This document shows positions 11,199 through 24,835 of a stretch of DNA of 64,000 nt, piece after piece. The notes under the pieces are model-generated. The model searched no databases and was not told the origin of the DNA. It saw nothing but the letters and a program-made list of their open reading frames with translations. The position numbers were made by a program, and so were the translations under genes. Each line of letters begins with the position of its first letter. Position 1 is the stretch's first letter. The stretch covers positions 21,018,001 through 21,082,000 of the forward strand of contig NC_082722.1 in NCBI RefSeq assembly GCF_030144855.1, given 5' to 3'. The stretch is from Hypanus sabinus. Taxonomy: Eukaryota.

Positions 11199-12749
11199 TA
11201 TGATTTCGATCCGTCAGAGTCTCGTTAGTATGGCCGTTCACTTGTGGCCTCTCCTTTAGTTAAGCCGTTCTTCAGTGATGAGCCCGCTGCCCTGGCAAGG
11301 GAGGACGCACCGACGTTAGCCTTAAAACGCTGTCACTCGCTTTCCAGCGTTTCTCCTGGTGCGTCTGAAGGGGTTGTTCCCCAGACCCTCTTATATCCTT
11401 ACTCACGGGGTCTCAGATGTCAATCAGGTTGGGATGATGCAATCCCTCAACCAGCTCATTCTGGTCCTCCCCTGAGGGGCTTCGATGAATAGTACAGTAC
11501 TCAGTACACAATTCTGTCTCCAAGAGACAATAGGCTTTATCAATGGTTCCGTTTTCGCTGAGGCCAGGACACATTCCAAACCTTGTGGATTCTGCGTATC
11601 TCTCTCTCATTTCCTGGGTCCCAGACCCGAATTAATAGCGATCTTGCGATTCGCAATAGGGAAGGGGCGACATTGTACCCTTCGGCCCCTCAGATTTGTG
11701 GCACATTCGTAACAACCCCTTCCTTCAAAGAGTTTTACCATCGGTAAAAATTACGTAATACAGAGTCTTACAGGTGTTACGTACTCGTGACACATGACAG
11801 TTGTGCCCTTGTCACGTGACTGGGGTTGAAGCTATACTGGACTTGAGGTGATGGTCTTGTAATGGTGACGTGATTTTCCCGCCAGTAGAGATCATGTGAC
11901 AGTTTTTTTTTACAGGTTATAAAAGGAAGACCCCACCCTGTGAGGAGGGGCAGCACGTGGGTGGATTTGCCAAGTTGACTTCATGCTACCGCGTGATTTA
12001 ATGTGATGACGCAGTTTAGTTCAAAGATGAAGTTTTTATCTAATGCCTAAAGTTTAAGAGGTCATTGCCAGCAGGTTCTTTACAATACTGCTAGCTGTGA
12101 AATCAATGGAGAGTGAAGATCGGAGTTCGGGAGTTAAAGATCGAGGAGAAACTATTTTCGACGGTGAAACGGGTTCCACCTTATTTAATCCTTATTCGGA
12201 AATCAATTCGTTGACTTTTCTCGTGTTAATCTCTGCGGGATAGCTGAAGATTGAGGACAGTGTGACAAAGGAAAGGTCAGTGCCTTTAAGCCGTTTCTTT
12301 TCGTAAATTCTTCGGGGGAAACATTTGACATCGGGGATCGAAACAAAGCGACGTGAAAGAGAATTTAGATCGTTTTATAAAGTCTCTGATTTTAAATCGA
12401 CTGTGAGCATTTTCGAACTTTTGGCAATACTACTTTAAAGAACTGTTTTTGCAACATTGCTTTATGAACTGTTTAACTAGCCGCACAGCAGCTGGTTTCC
12501 GGTTACGTTAGTGTTTGTTTACTTTTGGGGATTTTGTTTTCGTTGTTTAATAAAAGTGTTGTTTGATATAAAAACCCTTGCCGAACTCATGTATTCATTG
12601 TTACCTGAAGACGTAACATAAATATGGGGGCTGCGTCCGGATTGGATCGTTTGAGTTTATATGCTTGCTAACTTTTGAATAGGGTGTTTTGGAAAAGGGG
12701 AATACTCAATTCTTTTGTTTGATTGGCTTGTGAGTGGTATTCAGCAACA

Positions 12750-13830
12750 ATGAATATTGATGAGTTTCTGGTTTCGCTAGGCGCGGAGTTGTTAGTGAAG
12801 GCGAAAAAATCTGATGTATCTGAGATAGCTCGCAGATTGCAACTTAAAGGCATTTTGCAGACGACATCAAAAGCTGTTACACAGAGAAAAATCGCGTCAC
12901 ACTATGTGGATTCAGGTGTTTTTGATGATTCGATTTTAGGGTCGTTTCCAATAAGTGATCTGGAGATGCATTTGCAAATCGAACAAATGAGGTTGGAACA
13001 AAGTAAAACAGAATTGGAGCGTTGTAAATTGGAAACTGATCAGAAGAAGAGGGAATTTGAATATGCAATCGAGGAATTAAGGTCTGGGAAACAGTCATCT
13101 GCTTCTAAAAAACCGTTTGTTGCTAGTCCAGAAATTAAATTGGTCCCTCCACTTAGTGAAACAGAAGTCTAAAGATATTTTCAACATTTTGAAACTATTG
13201 ATCGGATGTCAGAGTGGCCGAAAGTTAAATGGTCAGTGTTGTTACAGAGTGTAATTAAAGGTAAAGCACAACAAGGTTACACAGATTTAACTGCTGCGCA
13301 AGCACTTGATTATGATATTGTGAAAATGCATATTCTAAACGCATAAGAATTAGTCCCAGAAGCTTATAGGGAAAGATTCAGTAGTTTGAAAAAGTCTGTG
13401 GAAAAGACTTATGTGGAATTTGCCTATGATAAAGCTCTGTGTTCTGAGAGATGTTTTTTTTCTAAAAATGTAAATAGGGACTATGATACTTTGAGAGAGC
13501 TGTTTTTAATGGAGGAATTTAAAAGAAGCATTCCTGTTGAAGTAAGGACCTACTTAAATGAGAGGGATACTGATAAATTGCAGGACTGTGCTAGATTAGC
13601 TCATGAGTATGTTTTAATCCATTAGAATAAATTTCCTCAGGGCAGAATTTTTAAGAGGAAAAATAACAGGGAGACTCAGGGTAAATCAGATGTTAATGAG
13701 AAAGGTAAGGAGGAAGGAAAGCCTGTGAAGGAAAGACAGTTTGGTCTTATTTGTAACTATTGTAACAAGCCTGGCCATGTAATAGCTAACAGTTTCAGAT
13801 TGAAAAAAGAAAGAGACATAAGCAGGTCCA
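12750..13830 (+). pseudogene. gag: gag of nested element (SCAN-like capsid region, degenerate CCHC)
   Basis: ORFs 12723-13172 and 13386-13625 (LFLMEEFKRSIPVEVRTYLNER); WPKVKWSVLLQSVIKGKAQ between them; CNYCNKPGHVIANS knuckle at about 13750-13795. Confidence 0.85.
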
Positions 13831-13839
13831 GATGCTTGT

Positions 13840-16800
13840 GTGCAACATACTGAAGCACCTGTAAAGTTAGAGGGTTTGATAAACACAAATGAGGCTTTGT
13901 TAGAGTCTGACCAAGTTAGAAAGGGATATGATTATTTTATAACTGAAGGGTTTGTATCCTTGAAAGAAGGATCTACTCTGGTGCCAATAAAAATCCTTAG
14001 GGATTCTGGAGCTTCTCAATCACTGTTGTTAGACAGTGTGTTGAAGTTTAATGGAGAATCTGATACTGGTGAGGTAAACTACATAAGAGTTGTTGGGAGT
14101 GATTTTATGCCTGTACATTTACATAAAGTAAATTTAAAATCAGGGTTAGTTACAGGATTTATTAAAGTCGGATTACAGCATAGCTTACCTGTGAAGGGTA
14201 TTTCTTTATTGTTATGTAATGACTTGGCAGGTGGACAAGATTTTCCTGAAGTGCATTTGTCAATGGAGTCAGAGGAACCAGAGTTGAATTTTAACACAGA
14301 TTCTTCCTGTGTTGTGAGTAGAGCAATGGCTAAAAAGATTGATGCGCAGAATGAGGTCGTTACTCAGGATTCGAGTTTTGAGGATGTGTCAGAGACTTTC
14401 TTACCTTCGTTGTTTGAACAAGATTCTTGGAGTAAGTCTGACTATGAAGATTTATCTCTGTCTCGAAAGGAGATGATAGCAGAGCAGAATAGAGACTCTG
14501 AGATTATAAAATTAAGAGAACAAGCTTTACTAGGTAGTGAAATTGAGAAGGTGCCAGTAGGATATTACTTGGAAAAAGGAGTGTTGATGAGGAAGTGGAG
14601 GTCGCCTATAATTCCTGCAAGTGAGGATTGGAATATTGTTTAGCAGGTAGTTGTCCCGAAAGTTTATCGGAATGAGATTTTGACTTTAGCTCCTAGTGTG
14701 ACTTTAGGTGGACATCAAGGGGTAAGGAAAACTGGGGACAAGATTTTAAAACATTTTTACTGGCCTGGTCTAAGGAAAGATGTGGCGATGTTTTGTAAAA
14801 CGTGTCATACTTGTCAGATTGTGGGTAAACCAAATCAGGTTACACCAGTATCTGCATTACAACCTATTCCAGCATTTGGTGAACCGTTTTCTAAAGTTAT
14901 TGTAGATTGTGTTGGTCCATTACCAAAGACAAATACTGGTTATCAGTATTTGTTGACTATCATGTGTACTTCGTCTAGGTTTCCAAAGGCAGTACCACTT
15001 AGAAATATAAAAGCTAAAACTGTGACAAAGGCCCTTATAAAATTCTTTACTTATTTTGGATTACCTAAGGAGATACAAACTGATCAAGGCAGTAATTTTA
15101 TGTCTGGATTGTTTCAACAGATAGTTCATAAAGTGGGAGATAAGCAAATCACTTCGTCTGCATACCATCCAGAGTCGCAAGGTGCCTTGGAGAGGTTTCA
15201 TTCTACCCTCAAGAATATGATTAGGACAAATTGTGTGGAAAATGAAAGTGAGTGGGATGAGGGTATAAACTTCCTTTTATTTGCAGTAAGGGAATCGGTA
15301 CAGGATCTTTAGGTTTTAGTCCATTCGAACTTGTGCTTGGGCATAGAGTTAGAAGACCTTTAGCTTTATTGAAAGAACAGTGGATTAGTAGGGAAGTACA
15401 CACTAATTTGTTGGACTATATGTTGAAATTTAAGGACAGCTTACATAAAGCTTGTAGCTTAACCAAGGAAAATTTAAAGTTGGCTCAGGAGAAAATGAAG
15501 ACCTGGTATGATAAAGAATCTAGGATGAGGATGTTTAAGCCTGGAGATAAGGTGTTGGTTCTTTTTCCAGTGCAGACAAATCCTTTACACGCTTGATTTC
15601 ATGGTCCTTATGAAATTGTGTCTAAAATCAATTAAGTGGATTATGTGATAAAAACTCCAGATCATAGAAGGTCAACACAACCTTACCATATAAATATGAT
15701 AAAACCATATTTTGAGAAACAATCTGATACTGTGACTGTTGTCGTTAGTGAGAATGAGTTTGATTTAACTAGGAACATGGTAGATGATTCATCTGACTTT
15801 CATTCTAAATCCAACATTGTTTCTGTTAGGTTACCAAATTCAACCATTCTGGAAAATATTGATGAGAAATTACCACATTTACAGCTAGAGCAGAAACAAC
15901 AGATGAAGGAATTAATTTTTAAATATAAGGAGTTGTCTCCAGATGTTCCGAGAAGGACTACTATAATTTCACATGATGTAGATATTGGAGATACCAAACC
16001 TATCAAACAACATCAAAATAGGATGAACATAGAAAAATGTGAACTGGCTGAGAAAGAAATTGAATATATGTTAGAGAATAATATTATTAGACATTCTAAC
16101 TCGAATTGGAGTTCGCCATGTGTTATGGTGCCAAAACGAGATGGTAGTATTAGGTTTTCTACGGACTATAGGAAAGTGAATGCTGTAACGAAAACAGATG
16201 CATATCCAATTCCTAGAGTAGATGATTGTATAGATAAAGTTGGAAAAGCAATGTTCCTTTCAAAGATTGATTTATTGAAAGGGTATTGGTGTGCTCCATT
16301 AACAGACAGAGGTAGAGAGATTTCTGCATTTGTAACTCCATCTGGGTTATATGAGTATAATGTTCTTCCATTTGGGGTGAAGAATGCCCCGGGTACTTTT
16401 CAGAGGATGATTAACTCTGTGATTCAGGGATTGAAAGATACTGATGTTTATATTGATGATTTAGTGACAGGAAATAATACTTCGGAAGCACACATTATTG
16501 CGGTGGAGAAATTGTTTGAAAGGCTTTCAAACGCTAACTTAACTATTAATTTAGCTAAGACTGAAATTGAACATGCTACTGTGACTTACCTTGGTTATGT
16601 TGTGGGTCAAGGTAAGGTAGCTCCTGTTCAGGCAAAATTTCAGGCAATTTTAAAGATTCCCACTCCAACGGGGAAAAAAAAACTCTCAGAAGATTTTTGG
16701 GAATGGTAGGATATTATCGAAATTTTGTTAAGAATTTTGCTAAGTTTGCCCTTCCATTAACTAACCTTCTGCAGAAGAATGTGTTGTTTGTGTGGACAGT

Positions 16801-17257
16801 GCCTTGTCAGGACGCAATTGAAAAATTGAAAAGAATGATATGTCAACAACCTGTGCTTAAGGCACCTGACTTTGAAAAACTTTTTTCATTAGCTGTGGAT
16901 GCTAGTGATGAGGCTGCAGGTGCAGTATTAATGCAAAGGAATGAGGGTGATGAGGTTGATCCTCCAGTAGCTTACTTTTCTAAGAAATTTAATAAGCATC
17001 AAAGAAACTATTCGACAATGGAGAAAAAATTGTTACCTCTTGTTTTAGCTTTGGAATATTTTGAGGTATATGTTGGTACTACTCAAAAACCACTTATTGT
17101 TTACACTGATTATAATCCGTTATTTTTTCTGAGTAAGATGAAGAACAAAAACAGAAGATTATTAAATTGGAGTTTGATGTTACAAGAGTACAATATTGTG
17201 ATAACTCATATTAAAGGTAAAGATAATGTGGTTGCTGACTGTCTGTCTCGATGTTGA
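13840..17257 (+). pseudogene. pol: pol of nested element, domain order PR-IN-RT-RNase H
   Basis: PR ILRDSGASQSL (13840-14643). IN with GHQG/CKTCHTC zinc finger and VIVDCVG / IQTDQGSNF / GALERF triad (14680-15596). RT YPIPRVDD...PFGVKNAP...YIDD (15636-16709). RH LAVDASDEAAGAVL...VYTDYNPL...NVVADCLSR (16697-17257). Confidence 0.93.
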
Positions 17258-18620
17258 ATGAACAATGCAATTTTTTATGGAGTGTTTTTTTTCAATTGTA
17301 ACACTCCTACGGTTTTGTAAGATGTTATATGATGGTATTGTATATTGTGTATGTTATAATATTTATATAGTTGCTTTCTTGTAAATATTTATTTTTCTTG
17401 TCAGACCAAAAATGTTTTTTTGGAGGGAGGTGCTACGTACTCGTGGCTCATGACAGTGGTACCCTTGTCACATTACTGGGGTTGAAGCTATACTGGACTT
17501 GAGGTAATGGTCTTGTGATGGTGGAGTGATGTCATTTTCCCTCCAGTAGAGATCATGTGACAGTTTTTTTTTACAGGTTATAAAATGAAGACCCCACCCT
17601 GTGAGGAGGGGCAGTTCGTGGGTGGATTTGCCAAGTTGACTTCATGCCACTGCGTGATTTAATGTGATGACGAAGTTTAGTTGAAAGATGAAGTTTTTAT
17701 CTAATGCCTAAAGTTTAAAAGGTCATTGCCAGCAGGATCTTTACAATACTGCTAGTTGTGAAATCAGTGGAGAGGGAAGATCGGAGTTCGGGAGTTAAAG
17801 ATCAAGGAGAAACTATTTTCGACGGTGAAACCTTATTATTCGACCTTATTTAATCCTTATTCGGAAAGGAATTCGTTGACTGTTCTCGTGTTAATCTCTG
17901 CGGGATAGCAGAAGATTGACGACAGTGTGATAAAGGAAAGGGCAGTGCCTTTAAGCCGTTTCGTTTCGTAAATTCTTCGTGGGAAAAGTTCGTCGTCGGG
18001 AATCGAAGCAAAGCGACGTGAAAGAGAATTTAGATCGCTTTATAAAGTCTCTCCTTTTAAATGGACTGTGAGCATTTTCGAACTTTTGGCAATACTACTT
18101 TAAAGAACTGTTTTTGCAACATCGCTTTAAGAACTGTTTAAGCTGCCGCACAGCAGCTGGTTTCCGGGTATGTTAGTGTTTTTTGGGGGTTTTGTTTTCG
18201 GTGTTTAATAAAAGTGGTGTTTGTTATAAAAACCCTTGCCGAACTCATATATTCATTGTTGCCTGAATACGTAACACAGGATTTTAGAATCTAACACAAT
18301 ACAAAATAGTTTTTTTTTCACTACAGTGTAATGCAGTTATACATTCAATACAGCATCTAACAGTTAGAGATTACATTGTCACTTCCTTTAATATCTTAAC
18401 ATCTTGTACCTTAATAAATTCTTGTAGCATCAGACTCCAATTTCATAACCACTTATTTGTATTCCTTTTCTTCAGCAAACAAAAACTAAAAAGTTGTGAT
18501 CTTAGCTTACGTGTATACTTCAAAAGTTCATGCAAATACTCATTTTTATGTTACTTTCAAATGTAATAGTTAATCTTCCATGGGGTTGTCTTTATTATTC
18601 ACATGCTTTTTCGAAATCCC

Positions 18621-20203
18621 TTAATACCGGATCCTGTTATTTAAAATGGCATCCCGCCAACCCTCGCCCCTTTTCCGGTTAACACCCACATGGTTAACTT
18701 GTATACTACTTGGGAATAGTTTTTCGCATGCTCCTTTCACAGGCGTTATTTTATCAACAATCTGTTCCGAACCCAGACCATTTTCCGAATTTCCACTCAA
18801 TTCTTTAATTTTAAGCACGTCGTTAGTGTTATCTTCAGAACTCTTCATGCTATTAGTTTTCAGTTTAAACTCTGCAAGCGATCTCTCTTTGTTCAAACAG
18901 CATTTCAAATTCTGCCTCCTCACAGCTCTCTCTGGTATAACAATAGCGAGTGGGGCACCTTTATATTCCAAATCAAACGGTAGTTGATTCGCAGGCACCG
19001 TGTTACCAAGCCCTTGTCTCTGTAGCCTGGTTGCTGCTTCTGATATCAATCCAGACTTTAAATTTTCTTCATTCAATTTAGGAACTACACTTTTCCTTTG
19101 TCCTTCAATAATAAGATTCACCTCAATACCTTTTATCTCCTCACTAACTTTTAACACACCTTCGAGCACAACTGGGAATTCTCTCTTCCCACTATTACCA
19201 AGGTTAACACTTTCTTCACTGTACCAAGTCCATCTGACCCAGAAGGACTGCATTCCTTTTCAACTGAATCAAATATCTCAGACTTTTTCTGAGCTCCATT
19301 ACTCGTTTCAGTACCACGTTCGTCCACATCTTGAACACACTCAAACCGGCTTTCAATACCAGTACCCTTTTCAAATTCTAAATTCCACTGAACCTCCCAG
19401 TTACTCTCTGGGCAACTCCCTACTGGAGTAAACTCAACCCCGCGGGCTGAATCAACCTCATCTGCCACCCGGGCAAACTTCTTCAAGGTAAGCGCACCCT
19501 TTTCATCTAGGACTGCCCTCATTTCATTACCGGGAACACCTTTAGAATTTTCAACTTCTTCAAACAGTTCTGCCAACCCAGACAGATCATCCATATCCAA
19601 CCCTGCAGCTTTTAACAGCCTTATCTGTTTCTCATATTTACTTCGTTCCTCCATAAATTTCCTCCTGGCTAAGGGCAGGTCTACCTCCTCTCCCTTACTC
19701 TCTTTCACTTTCCTATTCTCCGTTTTACCACCCTCTAAACCCGCTTTGTATAGGGTCGGTAAAAACGTCTCGGCCAAATCGATACTGGGCTGATTTAAAC
19801 TGGTCTCGTTCTCCGCTGCCTTTCTCGACATGCTGCGAGTGGTTGCGCATGCGGGATAGATCTTGGAATCTAGGGGCGGGTCCTCAACACTTACAGGCTG
19901 GCTCGTCAGCTTCATTGCTGACCAAACCTCACCACCGACTAAATCGTTACCAAGAAGGACGTCCAAGTCAGTTCTCGGGAATTCTGATCGCACCCCTATT
20001 TCAACTGGTCCAGATACCAGCTCACAATTTATAATGATCCTATGCAAGGGCACCGCTTCTGTCCCTTTTCCTGTGCCCCTCAAAGACACCTCTCCAATCT
20101 TGCGACCAAACTCCAGTACCTTACTGCTAATCAATGACAGCTCAGCTCCAGTGACTTTCCAGATCCGCACTGGAACTGCTGTGTCTCGCTCTCTCACAGA
20201 CAC
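18621..20203 (-). pseudogene. Protease-like domain followed by unknown ORF replacing IN/RT/RH in host element
   Basis: ORF 19151-20203 starts with a PR-like region (VRIWKVTGAELSLI; DLDVLLGNDLVGG) and continues into charged sequence. Overlapping ORF 18621-19253 has no recognisable motif. Confidence 0.7.
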
Positions 20204-20266
20204 GGTTCCTTCTGAAATACATTTCTCAGACCCTTCTCGTACTCTGTCTACCTGGAGCTCACTCGT

Positions 20267-21463
20267 CTATTTACTGATCACCACAACACATCCTATAGGG
20301 ACTGCTGCTTTCCATTTTCCTGTCTCCTTCCTCGGAGCAAGGCACTTAGATGCAATATGACCCACCTTTCCACAATTAAAACAGGTCCAGCCAGGACCTC
20401 TCCTGCCGTCTTGCCTCTCCTCCTCAATTTTACCACTAGCTCCCGGCTGAATCTCTGCCTCAGTCGGCGGGCTTTCTCTACCATTCCCACGGTCTCTCTG
20501 GTGACTTTTATTCGAGGAAAGCTTTGTCTTGTGTGTTAGGGTATATTCATCTGCGAACCTAGCAAATTCGGAGATGGACTTATTCAGCTTCTCACTCAAA
20601 TACATCCGGAGATCATCCGAAACACAACCTTTAAATTCCTCAATCAGAATTAACTCCCTGAGACGCCAAAAATCTTCTATCACTATTTCGGCTGCACACC
20701 AATGATCCAAGAGCACACCCTTCTCATAGGCAAACTCGGAAGAGGTCTGATTCCACCTTTTCTTTAAATTTCTGAACTTTTGTCTGTAGGCCTCAGGTGC
20801 CAATTCGTAGGTCCGAAGAATGGCCTCCTTTACTTTCTCATAATTCTCCGACTCTTCCTCCTCCATGGACAACGCCGCATATGCCTGTTGTGCCTTCCCT
20901 TTTAACACACTTTGTAGCAACGCCACCCATTGCACTTTGGGCCACTTCTGACTCACTGCCACTTTTTCAAAATGCAAGAGATAACTATCAACATCCGTCT
21001 CCTCGAACGGAGGTACTAACCTAAACTCCCTACTAACATTAAACTGCTCCTCTCGGTCGGACCCTTGAGCTCTTCGCTCTTGCCTTAACTTCTCCATGTC
21101 CAAGTCATCTTGACTCTATTTCTCTTTCTCCCTATACTCTCTCTTCTTCTCGGCTCTTTGCTTTTATTTCTCTACCCTTTCCTTCTCCATTTCAGCTGCT
21201 TCCAGCTGCTTTAAATTAATTTCATATTCCAACCTTAATTTCTCCAACTCTAACTGAGCCGTCGCACTAGCTGGTACCTTTTCAGCTGAAAACACATTGT
21301 TCACAATATAATACTGAGTTATAGCCCTCCGCACCTCCCGCTTCTTCATTGACAACCTCACCTCTGCGAGGTTTAGTCCTTTTGCAATATTTATCAATTC
21401 CGACTTTGTGTCCGCCTCTAGCGCCTCCAGAGTCAGGTTTTCTATAAGTTCATCCACGTCCAT
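20267..21463 (-). pseudogene. gag: gag of host element
   Basis: ORFs 21164-21463 and 20267-21103: PPFEETDVDSYLLHFEKVA...PEAYRQKFR...LILIEEFKG...CFNCGKVGHIASKC; clearly homologous to the nested gag. Confidence 0.88.
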
Positions 21464-23139
21464 CTTTGCTGGTTTCCAGTCTGGTTACCTGCGCAACCAG
21501 ACCCTCGTTTGGACTTGAGCCCGATTCACTGGCCCTCCAATTTGGTATGAAATCCCGAGACGAGATCCCCACTTTGTTACGAACCCCGTAACTGGGTCAC
21601 TTACCAGCAAAGATAGAGAAGTCCGTTGAAGTCTGATGGTACTATTTTTAAAAGTATTTATTAGTAAAAATACACAAAAATAATATCAATGCAAGCGTAC
21701 AGATAATATACGTCGTCAATACTAAATCAAAAAGTGGGGGTATAATAATAATCAATAAGAAATAAGCTCTATCGTTGTCTAGGGGATAATGTATTGTCCG
21801 ATGCAAATATAAAAGTCACTCAGTTCATGCAGGCTGCAGCCTTTGGTAGGAGAGTGAGAGAGAGATTTTGAGAGACTTGCTGATTCCTTTTATGATTTTG
21901 ATCCGTCAGAGTCTCATCAGTGTGGCGGTTCACTTGTGGCCTCTCCTTTAGCTAAGCCGTTCTTCTGTGATGAGCCCGCTACCCTGGCAAGGGAGGACGC
22001 ACACAGGCCCCCACCGGCGTTCGCTATAAAACGCTGTCACTGACTTTCCAGCGTTTCTCCTGGTGCACCTAAAGGGGTTGTTCCCCAGACCCCTCTTTTA
22101 TCCTTATTCACGGGGTCTCAGATGTCAATCAGGTGGGGAGGATGCAATCCCTCAACCAGACTACTCTGGTTGGCCCCTGAGGGGTTTCAATGAATAGCAC
22201 AGTACTCAACACACAATTCCGTCTCCAAGAGACAATAGCCATTATCAATGGTTCCGTTTTCGCTGAAGCCAGGACACATTCCAAACCTTGTGGATTCTGC
22301 GTGTCCCTCTCTCATTCCCTGGGTCCCAGACCCGAATTAATAGCGATGTTGCGATTCTCAAAAAGAAGGGTGCGACTTTGTACTCTTCGGCCCCTCAGAG
22401 TTGTGGCACATTCGTAATAACCATCAAAATGCGTAGAGTACAGATTTGAATTTATATCTCAATAAAGATTTAGATAATTCCTGAATTCAGCAAGAGGGCA
22501 ACATTTCCATCATTATCACGTAAGTACTAGGTAGGCCATACAAATAGTTAGAACTATAAGACTTCTTATTTTCCTCCCAGCTCAGGCAGAATTTAAATCT
22601 GAACCACATTATTCTGCATTGCGGTGGTGTCATCCCACGTCATGGTTACATGATTAATACATTTCCTCACGAAGAACTTTTCCTCCAGCAAATTATTTAA
22701 CATACCACTTGCATTGCTGGAATTGGTCGATTAGGTTTCTGCAAGATGTCGGAAAAATTCACGGTTTCGTAGAGGGCACTTTTGGCTATTACTTGGCTAA
22801 GTATGCTGACTTATTCCAGCCGCTTCCGACCTGAATATTCTCTTATAGAATACTTAATCCTGGGCGCCCGCAGCATATTTGTATATATGTTTCAGCTATT
22901 CGGTCTTCTTTGTTTCTTAGATGTCCAGTGGCTTATGTCTTTCGATTTTGTTATTTCATTCAATCTCTATCAAAAAATCTGTATGCAGTTGCACTATGCT
23001 CCATTTCCGCATCTAAAGTAGAGAGTAATGATACACAGCTCCAAACGAGTTAATTCCAACATCAATTAACAATTTGTCGCATGCAGCGCAAGTTGTCATT
23101 CCAACGTTTGTCATGCAGGACTAGGAAAATCTATATTTC

Positions 23140-24835
23140 TTTCACCATACAAAATGGGGAGAAATAAAGACCTCTCAAGATCAAGGTGAATTTTGATAGG
23201 TTTGGACAACAGCTTGCAATTACCTTCATTAATTTCTGTCTGCCATTTTCAGCCCACCTGGTCCATAACCCACTTCGAACCTTGATATACATGTGACACA
23301 ACACTAGACAAAGGCCTTCGTTCAAAGAACAACTATTTGCTACCATACTCTGGCTTCTCCGGAGAAGCCAACGTTAGATACAACTTACTTCTTCATCCTG
23401 AATGCCAAGCGAATGTATCTGATCAGACCACCACCCCATTGCAGAACATTTTCCGAAGACCTTGCTAAAATCCATATTGACCATATCCACTGCTATCCTT
23501 TATCAAACTGAATGTAACCTGCTCGAAAAACTCATTAAGATTGGTTAGACACAACCTACCTTACACAAAAGAATGTTCTCTATACCCGATAAAGTCCAGT
23601 GTATTCAAATATGTATATATCCCATTCTTTAAAACATCTTCGAATAAATTACCCAATTTTCTGTAATACCAACTAGTCTATATTATTCCGGCTTATTCTG
23701 AGAGTATACCTTAAGCAATGACAGAACTAGAAACATAATTGCAGAGCAAATTCTTGGGAAACTAAAACGTCTGAAGGTAGGTAATTCAGCTAGACTAGAT
23801 GATGCACATCCCAGGATGCTGATAAAAGTTGCTGGTGAGATTGTGGAGGCATAAGCAAAGATCTTTCGAGAATTACTGGATTCTAGAATAGTTATGATAG
23901 ACTGGAAAATTGCAGATGTCACTCCACTCTTCAAGAAGGCAGAAAGGCAGAAAACTGAAACAGTAGGCCAGTCAGTCTACCTCACTGATTGACAAGATAT
24001 CGGATTCCGTTATTAACGATCAGGTCTTAGGTTACCTGGAGGTACATAATACAACAGTCGATATTCAGCATGATATTCTGAGGGAAACTCAAGCCTGACA
24101 AATCTGATTGCATTATTTGAAGGAATGGAAAACAGGATAGATAAAGATAGGTAGAATCGATTGTTGTGTACTTGGATTTTCAGAAGGCCTATTTACAATG
24201 CCCAATCTGTTTAACCAGCTACGAGCCCAAAGTATTGCAGGAAAAATTCTAGGGTGAATAAAGCACTGGGTGGTTGGTGGGAGACAAATAATGGGAATAA
24301 AGGGAGCATTTTCTGGTTGGCTCTCCGTGACAAATGGTGTTCCACAGGGGTCTGTGTTGTGGCCAGTACTTTTAAGATTATATGTCAATGATAAACAGCT
24401 AGTCATATGACAGCATTTTGTGGCTCCGTGCCTATTTTCACTAGAATTCAGAAAAAAAAATAGGGGCGACCGCATTGAAACCGATTAAAATGTAAAGGTT
24501 CTTGATAGTGTGGATGTGGAAATAATATCTCCTACGGTGGGAAAATATAAGACCAGGGGACGCAGCCTCAGAATAGAGCGGCATCATTTTAAAAAGGAGA
24601 TGAAGGGGATATTTTTGGCCACAGGCAGCTGTGGAGACAAAGTCTTTATGGATGTTTAAAGCAGAGGTGATAGATTCTTGATTAGTTAGGGCATAAACAG
24701 CTATGGGGTGAAGGCAGGAGATTTAGGCTGAGAGGAAAATATTAGCTATGATGAAATGGCAGGGCAAACTTGGTAGGCCAAATGGCCTAATTCGGCTCCT
24801 ATATCCAATAGTCATATGGTCTTAAGACATTAGTT
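23140..24835. mobile_element. Cluster of CR1 ORF2 fragments (minus 23140-23640; plus 23680-24835)
   Basis: Decayed RT motifs (VYLDFQKA, GVPQGSVL) and CR1 3' UTR ending CATATGGTCTTA. Confidence 0.75.

Larger units (their letters stand above)
11775..18276 (+). mobile_element. Full-length, defective Gmr1-like Ty3/Gypsy LTR retrotransposon
   Basis: LTRs 11775-12618 and 17431-18276; TSD CAGG at 11771-11774 and 18277-18280; PBS TGGGGGCTGCGTCCGGAT at 12625-12642 (tRNA-Pro type); PPT GGAGGGAGG at 17422-17430. gag, PR, IN, RT and RH are recognisable but broken by stops and frameshifts. Confidence 0.95.
10757..22419 (-). mobile_element. Non-autonomous Gypsy (Gmr1-related) LTR retrotransposon, host of a nested element
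   Basis: LTRs at 10757-11714 and 21575-22419 (TGTTACG...CGTAACA/CGTAATA); 4-bp TSD ACCA at 10753-10756 and 22420-22423. Degenerate tRNA-Pro PBS TGGGGATCTCGTC on minus just inside 21574; PPT GAAGGAAGGGGT on minus next to 11714. No IN/RT/RH motifs seen. Confidence 0.92.

Noticed and set aside
18646-20360. Plus-strand ORFs (113-165 aa) inside the host LTR element
   Set aside because: Antisense shadows of the minus-strand gag/PR ORFs; Ser/Leu/Pro-rich with no motifs.
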